From: Thermodesulfobacteriota bacterium
GTDB lineage: Bacteria > Desulfobacterota > Desulfobulbia > Desulfobulbales > SURF-16
Assembly: GCA_039715015.1 (NCBI GenBank)
Contig: JBDLIE010000072.1
Coordinates: 1-11,297 of the forward strand
Direction: 5' to 3'
DNA: 11,297 nucleotides
In this document: positions 1 to 4,998 of the stretch, in pieces
How positions within the stretch are numbered: position 1 is the first letter of the stretch
Layout of the letters: every line of letters starts with the position of its first letter
Made by a program: the position numbers and the translations under genes
The notes under the pieces: generated by a model
The model's input: only the letters and a program-made list of their open reading frames with translations
The model's database searches: none
What the model was told of the DNA's origin: nothing

Positions 1-257
1 TTTCGTTCATTTTTGCTTGCCCAAAAACGAACCAAAAAGGGCACCCCTACCAGCCCTGGCCTTCGGCACCACTCGCCTTCCGCTGTGCAATGGGCATTGT
101 GGAAACTCGCATTCGCTCAGACAGTCCACGCGCCCAACGGAAGTGCCCTTGGGGTGCTTTTCCCTTGCCCAGCTCCCTGCTTGTTCAGGGCTGAATGGGG
201 GGAAGGCAAAACCAAAACATCTAAAACCAGAAGTTCCACGGTAATCCGTGAAGAACC
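1..257. mobile_element. Probable right-hand part of a non-autonomous structured repeat (MITE-like) with an ISL3-type terminus; left end lies outside the window
   Basis: The region is non-coding with nested inverted repeats (5-15/22-32, 44-58/186-200, 77-82/138-143, 91-103/125-136). It ends in ...TTCCACGGTAATCCGTGAAGAACC (234-257). The reverse complement starts GGTTCTTCACGG, resembling GG(C/T)TCT-type ISL3 termini, and an A8 tract follows immediately (258-265). The family assignment is from recalled IS-end consensus, not a database search. Confidence 0.45.
5..43. ncRNA. Putative pseudoknotted hairpin module (strand undetermined)
   Basis: Stem GTTC(A)TTTTTG 5-15 pairs with CAAAAA(C)GAAC 22-32. 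The loop-region TGCCC (18-22) is complementary to GGGCA (39-43). CCAAAAA is directly repeated at 21-27 and 32-38. Confidence 0.4.
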
Positions 258-300
258 AAAAAAAAGCCCCGCAGGAGCAAAACTGCTCTTACGGGGCTTT
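258..300 (-). terminator. Rho-independent terminator of the purH-like gene
   Basis: AAAGCCCCG (263-271) pairs with CGGGGCTTT (292-300), and GAGCA (275-279) with TGCTC (284-288), around a 4-nt loop. On the minus strand the stem runs into U8 (A8 at 258-265). It starts 35 nt after the stop codon at 336-338. Confidence 0.85.
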
Positions 301-335
301 AAACTCCAAGATCAAGGCCCCTGCAGGGCATCTTC

Positions 336-1628
336 TTAATGCTTAAAGGAACGCTGGCCGGTGAACTTCATGGCCACCTGTGGTGAGGCTTCATTGCAGG
401 CCTGGATGGTCTCAAAGTCACGCATGGAACCACCAGCCTGAAGGATGGAGGTCACGCCCTGGCGGATACCAACATCGGCACCGTCCCGGTAAGGAAAGAA
501 GGCATCTGAAATCATGCAGGAGCCTGGCAGCCCGGCCCTATCTTCTTGGGTCTGGGCATCAATGGCCTCTTTATCCGCCTTGTCACGCTTGCCCTGCAGG
601 GTCTCAAGGGCCATATCCGCATAGGGGATACCAAACTTATCAAAGCAGAGGATATCAGCGTATTTGATATAGGCCTTATGGACGGCAATCTCAGCAACAC
701 CGACACGATCCTGCTCACCTGTGCCAATACCAACAGTCACTCCGTCTTTGACGTAGATGACTGAGTTTGAGGTAACCCCATGCTCCACGGCCCAGCCAAA
801 GAGCATATCATCAATCTCCTGCTTGGTGGGCTGGCGCTCACAGCGATATTCCTTACCCTTGGATGTTGTGACTGCGTCTTGCATATCAGCAACGCTGCGG
901 ATGGAATTCACCGCAGACTGCTGGGCAATGAGGCCGCCATCAATGAGGCTCTTGAAGTCAACAAAGCGATGTTTTTCATAATCGGCCAGCCGATCAATCC
1001 GGGCCATCTTGATGACACGCAGATTTTTTCTCTTGGCCAAAATCTCCAGGGTGCCCTCTTCAAACTCAGGGGCGCAGACAACCTCGAGATAATTCTGGCT
1101 CATCAGCTCAGCAGTGTCTTTGTCAACCGCCTTGCTCATGATAACCGCGCCACCAAAGGCGGCAATACGATCAGAACGGTTGGCCTTATTATAGGCGTCG
1201 GCCAGGGAGTCGCTCACCGCACAGCCGCAAGGGTTATTATGCTTAAGGATAACAGCAGCCGGACGGTCCACCATGTACTTGATGATATTAAGGCCGTTAT
1301 CGATATCGGTGAGATTGATCTTACCGGGATGCTTACCAACCTGGAGCATGTCTTCAACTGGAATGGCGCTGACCAGTCCGTTGCCAGGCTCGATAAATTT
1401 GCAGTCTCCCAGGGCCAGGTTGCCGTTGATCAGCTCATAAAGGGCGGCTTCCTGGTCCGGGTTTTCACCATAACGGATACCGCGCTCTTCCACCTTGCCA
1501 TCCTCCATGGCGATCTTCCATGTTCTCTTTTTATAAGCCAGCATCTGGTCACCAAAAGAGATGGTCATGGTTGAAGGAAAGGAATCACCAAGGATGTTGG
1601 TGTACATTTTCTTTAGATCTTTGGACAT
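336..1628 (-). CDS. purH: PurH-family protein, AICAR transformylase domain only (430 aa); lacks the N-terminal IMP cyclohydrolase/MGS-like domain
   Basis: Motifs RYGENPDQEAALY, ILKHNNPCG (catalytic Lys-His pair), AFGG, TSNSVIY, GIGTGEQDRV, SDAFFPYRDG, GGSMRD and C-terminal FTGQRSFKH. Start moved from the ORF track's 1667 to the ATG at 1628 (MSKDLKK), which has GAGGAG (1638-1643) 9 nt upstream. Confidence 0.88.
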   Translation of the reverse strand: MSKDLKKMYTNILGDSFPSTMTISFGDQMLAYKKRTWKIAMEDGKVEERGIRYGENPDQEAALYELINGNLALGDCKFIEPGNGLVSAIPVEDMLQVGKHPGKINLTDIDNGLNIIKYMVDRPAAVILKHNNPCGCAVSDSLADAYNKANRSDRIAAFGGAVIMSKAVDKDTAELMSQNYLEVVCAPEFEEGTLEILAKRKNLRVIKMARIDRLADYEKHRFVDFKSLIDGGLIAQQSAVNSIRSVADMQDAVTTSKGKEYRCERQPTKQEIDDMLFGWAVEHGVTSNSVIYVKDGVTVGIGTGEQDRVGVAEIAVHKAYIKYADILCFDKFGIPYADMALETLQGKRDKADKEAIDAQTQEDRAGLPGSCMISDAFFPYRDGADVGIRQGVTSILQAGGSMRDFETIQACNEASPQVAMKFTGQRSFKH

Positions 1629-1704
1629 TTTCGTAAACTCCTCTACGTTATTTAAACATGCTCTCAAGCGGATACCGCTGACACGAAGTTTCTTTCAAGG
1701 AAAT

Positions 1705-1717
1705 ATCTATAATAGAT
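1705..1717. promoter_or_regulatory. 13-bp palindrome ATCTAT-A-ATAGAT; candidate operator overlapping a possible -10 of the purH-like gene
   Basis: Perfect inverted repeat with a 1-nt centre at 1711, 83 nt upstream of the ATG at 1628. It shares the core TCYATAATRGA with 4835-4849. Confidence 0.35.
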
Positions 1718-1734
1718 CGACAGAGAAATAGCAA
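1706..1734 (-). promoter_or_regulatory. Possible sigma70-type promoter for the purH-like gene
   Basis: Minus strand reads TTGCTA (1734-1729), 17 nt, TATAGA (1711-1706). An alternative -10, TATTAT, lies at 1714-1709. Both are imperfect consensus matches. Confidence 0.3.
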
Positions 1735-1759
1735 AGATATAGCGCGGAGATAGAGGGAG

Positions 1760-2860
1760 TTATTTAACCTGAAAACTGCTGTCCCAATCCTTGCGAACCG
1801 GGTCATGGCCCTTGGCCTGAATACTGGCGCACACCTCTGTCAGGCTGCGGTGATCTCCCACCGAGAATTGTTCCCCTTCAAGCTCGGGGTGGGCATAGCC
1901 ACCCGGGGCCGTACAGCTGCCTGCTGAGTAACGGGTGGGCCCTAAGCCGATCATCCCGTTGCGGAAACGCTCTTCCTCACGGGTGGAGAGGACCAGGCCG
2001 ACATCCGGATCATAAATGCGCAGGGCAAAGAGAAGCTGGCTGAGATCTTGTTCTGAGGCGGCAACCAGGGGCTGGAAATCACCCTCTGCCGGCCGCAGAC
2101 GTGGAAAAGAAACAGAAAGGGCCGTGCGCCAGAAATTCTTACGAAGCCAGGCAAGATGCAGGCCCAAGGCCAATCCCTCACAACGCCAGTCCGCTAAGCC
2201 CAGAAGGGCGCCGATGCCCACCTCGCGCATACCAGCCTCGGCCACCCTGGCCGGGGTGGCCAGCCGGAAATCGTAATCACATTTTTTGCCGCTTAGATGG
2301 ACCTGATCATAGATGCCACGCTCATAGGTCTCTTGATAGATAGCAACACCGGTGATACCGGCCTGAAAAAGCCTGGTATACTCCTCGGTACTCAGGGGCT
2401 GAACCTCAATGGTAATGGAGGCAAAACGCGCCCTGGTGCGCCGGGCCAGTTCTTCCAGATAGTCAACGCCCAGCTTGCCCGGTGCCTCACCCGACACCAG
2501 CAGGACATGATTAAAGCCGCGCTCGTGGAGGATATCCATCTCCTTTTCCGCCTCCTCCATGGTAAGGAGACGGCGTTCGATCTTGTTTTCTGCTGAGAAC
2601 CCGCAATAGGCGCATTTATTGCCACAGAAACTTGAGAGATAAACCGGGGCGTAGAGCTGGATGGTACGGCCAAAGCGCATGGCCGTGATCTGGGCGGATC
2701 GGCTGGCAAGTTCTGGCAGCATTGCTGAAGCCGCTGGGGAAAGAAGCGCCGCCAGATCCTGGATACCAGGATGCTCGGCACCAAGGGCCTGGCGAACATC
2801 CTCCGTGGTACAGGGGACAATCAGCTCTGTAAGTTGGTGAAAATCAGGAATGGTTAACAT
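1760..2860 (-). CDS. thiH: 2-iminoacetate synthase (tyrosine lyase), radical SAM enzyme ThiH, 366 aa
   Basis: LYAPVYLSSFCGNKCAYCGF (CxxxCxxC), LLVSGE, YQETY, GIGALLGLADWR, SVSFPRLRP, LSTRE, SAGSCTAPGGY, QFSVGDHRS and VRKDWD; lies directly downstream of thiG. Confidence 0.95.
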   Translation of the reverse strand: MLTIPDFHQLTELIVPCTTEDVRQALGAEHPGIQDLAALLSPAASAMLPELASRSAQITAMRFGRTIQLYAPVYLSSFCGNKCAYCGFSAENKIERRLLTMEEAEKEMDILHERGFNHVLLVSGEAPGKLGVDYLEELARRTRARFASITIEVQPLSTEEYTRLFQAGITGVAIYQETYERGIYDQVHLSGKKCDYDFRLATPARVAEAGMREVGIGALLGLADWRCEGLALGLHLAWLRKNFWRTALSVSFPRLRPAEGDFQPLVAASEQDLSQLLFALRIYDPDVGLVLSTREEERFRNGMIGLGPTRYSAGSCTAPGGYAHPELEGEQFSVGDHRSLTEVCASIQAKGHDPVRKDWDSSFQVK

Positions 2861-2872
2861 GAAAAAGATATC

Positions 2873-3640
2873 CTAACGCAAGAAATCCAAACCCACTTCA
2901 GGGGACGAGGCAGCGGCCTTTTTGCCCTGGACACCTAGGCCGGATTCGTAGGCAGTACGACCAGCCTCCACGGCCTGGGCAAAGGCCCGACCCATGCGAA
3001 CCGGATCTCCGGCAACGGCAATGGCGGTATTGACCAAAACTGCATCGGCACCCATTTCCATGGCTGCAGCAGCATGGGAGGGCGCCCCTAAACCGGCATC
3101 CACCACCACCGGCACCTTGGCCTGTTCAATGATGATCTCCACCTGAAAACGGGTGAGCACCCCCTGGTTGGTGCCAATGGGTGAACCAAGAGGCATAACA
3201 GCGGCGGCGCCCACATCCTGCAGGCGCAGGGAAAGGATGGGGTCGGCATTCATATAGGGCAAAACAATAAAACCATCTTTGACCAAAAGTTGGGTGGCCT
3301 TCAGGGTCTCAATCGGATCAGGAAGAAGGGTACGAGGATCTGGGGTCACCTCAAGTTTGAGCCAGTTAGTATTGCCCACGGCCCGGGCCAGGTGGGCCAG
3401 GCGAATGGCCTCTTCGGCGTCCCGGGCGCCTGAAGTGTTTGGCAAAAACCAATACTTTTCACGGTCCAGGTTAGCCATGATATCATCGTCAGGATTACTC
3501 AGATCCACCCGGCGCAGGGCCACGGTAATCATCTCAGATCCGGAGGCATCAAGGGCCGCTTTCATTACCTGGGCTGAGGCAAATTTACCGGTACCGCCAA
3601 AGAGACGGGAGCGAAATGTTTTATCAGCTATTTGCAGCAT
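2873..3640 (-). CDS. thiG: Thiazole synthase ThiG, 255 aa
   Basis: [29 protein letters not shown] (Schiff-base Lys), [42 protein letters not shown] and ASSP. Confidence 0.97.
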   Translation of the reverse strand: MLQIADKTFRSRLFGGTGKFASAQVMKAALDASGSEMITVALRRVDLSNPDDDIMANLDREKYWFLPNTSGARDAEEAIRLAHLARAVGNTNWLKLEVTPDPRTLLPDPIETLKATQLLVKDGFIVLPYMNADPILSLRLQDVGAAAVMPLGSPIGTNQGVLTRFQVEIIIEQAKVPVVVDAGLGAPSHAAAAMEMGADAVLVNTAIAVAGDPVRMGRAFAQAVEAGRTAYESGLGVQGKKAAASSPEVGLDFLR

Positions 3641-3704
3641 CTATTTTTTATCCATCTTAAGGTTAGGGGCATTACAGGACCTATACAGGTGGTCGAAGAG
3701 AATC

Positions 3705-3905
3705 TCAGCCGCCGCCGACAAAGCGGATCAGCTCCAGGTTCTGTCCCTCTGCCAGTACCGTGGTTTCATAGTCAATGCGATTCACAATCTTTTTATCACA
3801 CTCAACCACCACCGTATCAGGGGCCAGTTGCAGCAGGTCAAGAAGTTGGCTAAGGGTACACCCTTCTGCCACCTCCTGTTCTTCACCGTTACAGATTATG
3901 ATCAT
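3705..3905 (-). CDS. thiS: Sulfur carrier protein ThiS, 66 aa
   Basis: Ubiquitin-like size, N-terminal I-x-CNGE, C-terminal LELIRFVGGG di-glycine tail, AGGTG SD upstream; sits between thiF and thiG. Confidence 0.95.
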   Translation of the reverse strand: MIIICNGEEQEVAEGCTLSQLLDLLQLAPDTVVVECDKKIVNRIDYETTVLAEGQNLELIRFVGGG

Positions 3906-3961
3906 TTTTTACGTCACCTGCTGTCTCTCTCTTTCTAGGCCTGTTTCAGGGGCATGAGAGG

Positions 3962-4765
3962 TTATAACCCTGCCCTCTCCAACAGAATCCTGAGCGCTTG
4001 ATTGGCCTGATGGTGGGCGGCAATTCCCACCCGGGGGGCCATGAGCCCTTCACCCGGTTTTGATTCCGACTCCCCGTCACCGACAATAAATATATAGGGC
4101 CGATGACAGACCGTGGTTATCAAATCATTTTCACCATAGCCAGCCACTCCTGAGGCCCCTACATACCCCATGGTTTTCATGTCCGTCAAGGCCAACCTGA
4201 AGGCCTCGGCTTTCATGACCGGGTCATCGAAACATTCCACCAACACATCAACACCGCCAAAAAAGCTGGGGATATTGTCCGCCGTCAGTTCGCAGTCATG
4301 AAGAGTCAGCTCCACGTAGGGGTTCATCCGTCTCAAATTTATGGCCAAAGCCTCGGTCTTTTTCATACCGATCTGATCGACAAAAAATTGCTGCCGGTTG
4401 AGATTGGTGGGATCAACGATATCATAATCAGCGAGAATCAACCGGCCAACGCCGATACGGGTCAGGGCCCCGGCCACCACAGAACCAAGACCACCAAGGC
4501 CCATGATACCTACCACGGCCTCATTAATGACATCCTGGACTCCGGGGCTATGACGAAGAGAAAGGAGGCGCTTAAGCTCATCCGGGCTACCGGTCTCTCC
4601 TTTTTTGAGGCACCAGCACTCATCTCCCTCCTGAATAATATATCCGGCTGTCACCTGGCAGCCGTTGACGATATAAAGATCGCATCCCGGAAAATCACCT
4701 GCAATGGCGGCCAGAGAAGTACCATGCGCCACTTCCCTTTCCTGCTCCTGGACCTTGATTTTCAT
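3962..4765 (-). CDS. thiF: ThiS adenylyltransferase ThiF with an N-terminal ThiS-like (ubiquitin-like) domain, about 267 aa
   Basis: VGIMGLGGLGS nucleotide-binding loop, ADYDIVDPTNLNRQQF, IGMKK, VECFD and MAPRVGIAAHHQAN; no CxxC zinc motifs. The first ~55 aa (MKIKVQEQEREV...IVNGC...IQEGDE) resemble a beta-grasp ThiS-like domain. The ATG at 4765 is preferred over the ORF track's 4792 start; the SD is weak, so the start is less certain. Confidence 0.9.
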   Translation of the reverse strand: MKIKVQEQEREVAHGTSLAAIAGDFPGCDLYIVNGCQVTAGYIIQEGDECWCLKKGETGSPDELKRLLSLRHSPGVQDVINEAVVGIMGLGGLGSVVAGALTRIGVGRLILADYDIVDPTNLNRQQFFVDQIGMKKTEALAINLRRMNPYVELTLHDCELTADNIPSFFGGVDVLVECFDDPVMKAEAFRLALTDMKTMGYVGASGVAGYGENDLITTVCHRPYIFIVGDGESESKPGEGLMAPRVGIAAHHQANQALRILLERAGL

Positions 4766-4834
4766 GCCATTATTCCAAAAACATTCAACCAATCCAGCAC
4801 CTTAGCGGCACCCTCTTGGCGGTTTGCCATTTGA

Positions 4835-4849
4835 CTTCCATAATGGAAG
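4835..4849. promoter_or_regulatory. 15-bp palindrome CTTCCAT-A-ATGGAAG in the divergent thiF / sensor kinase intergenic region; candidate operator
   Basis: Perfect 7-1-7 inverted repeat centred on 4842, 77 nt upstream of the thiF ATG (4765). It overlaps a TTGACT hexamer (4831-4836) on + and a CATTAT on -. Confidence 0.4.
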
Positions 4850-4998
4850 CGATTACCAACAGTAATATATTGATTTTCACCGGCTTTTTTTCGATGATAG
4901 GAGCTACTGAAAAAGTGGCTGCGCCGCCGCCATTCCTTCAATTCGTCACCATACCTGGTCGCTGAAAAAAAATCTCTAGCCTTTATACCTTTTTAGTA

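Noticed and set aside
13..339. ORFs 13..339 (+, 108 aa) and 17..244 (+, 75 aa)
   Set aside because: Non-ATG starts, no SD, and no recognisable motifs. They run through a structured repeat, and the longer one also crosses a terminator, so they are most likely spurious.
780..1574. 264-aa + strand ORF
   Set aside because: Antisense shadow of the purH-like gene with no independent protein features.
1629..1667. ORF-track N-terminal extension MRACLNNVEEFTK of the purH-like protein
   Set aside because: The good SD (GAGGAG) lies inside the extension and points to the ATG at 1628.
1629..1704. Possible ZMP/ZTP riboswitch upstream of the purH-like gene; small hairpin AGCGG-ATA-CCGCT at 1667-1679
   Set aside because: The conserved elements I expect for that aptamer (ACTGGCG...GTGG and a 3' CGCCTGGG) are absent; only a 5-bp hairpin is present.
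3279..3938. 219-aa + strand ORF, along with other short ORFs antisense to thiH, thiG, thiS and thiF
   Set aside because: They overlap well-supported minus-strand genes, have Ser/Arg-rich shadow composition, and show no motifs.
4817..4832. TGGC...TTGC resembling a sigma54 promoter
   Set aside because: The required GG-N10-GC spacing is not met on either strand; it is only a short TGGC/GCCA inverted repeat.
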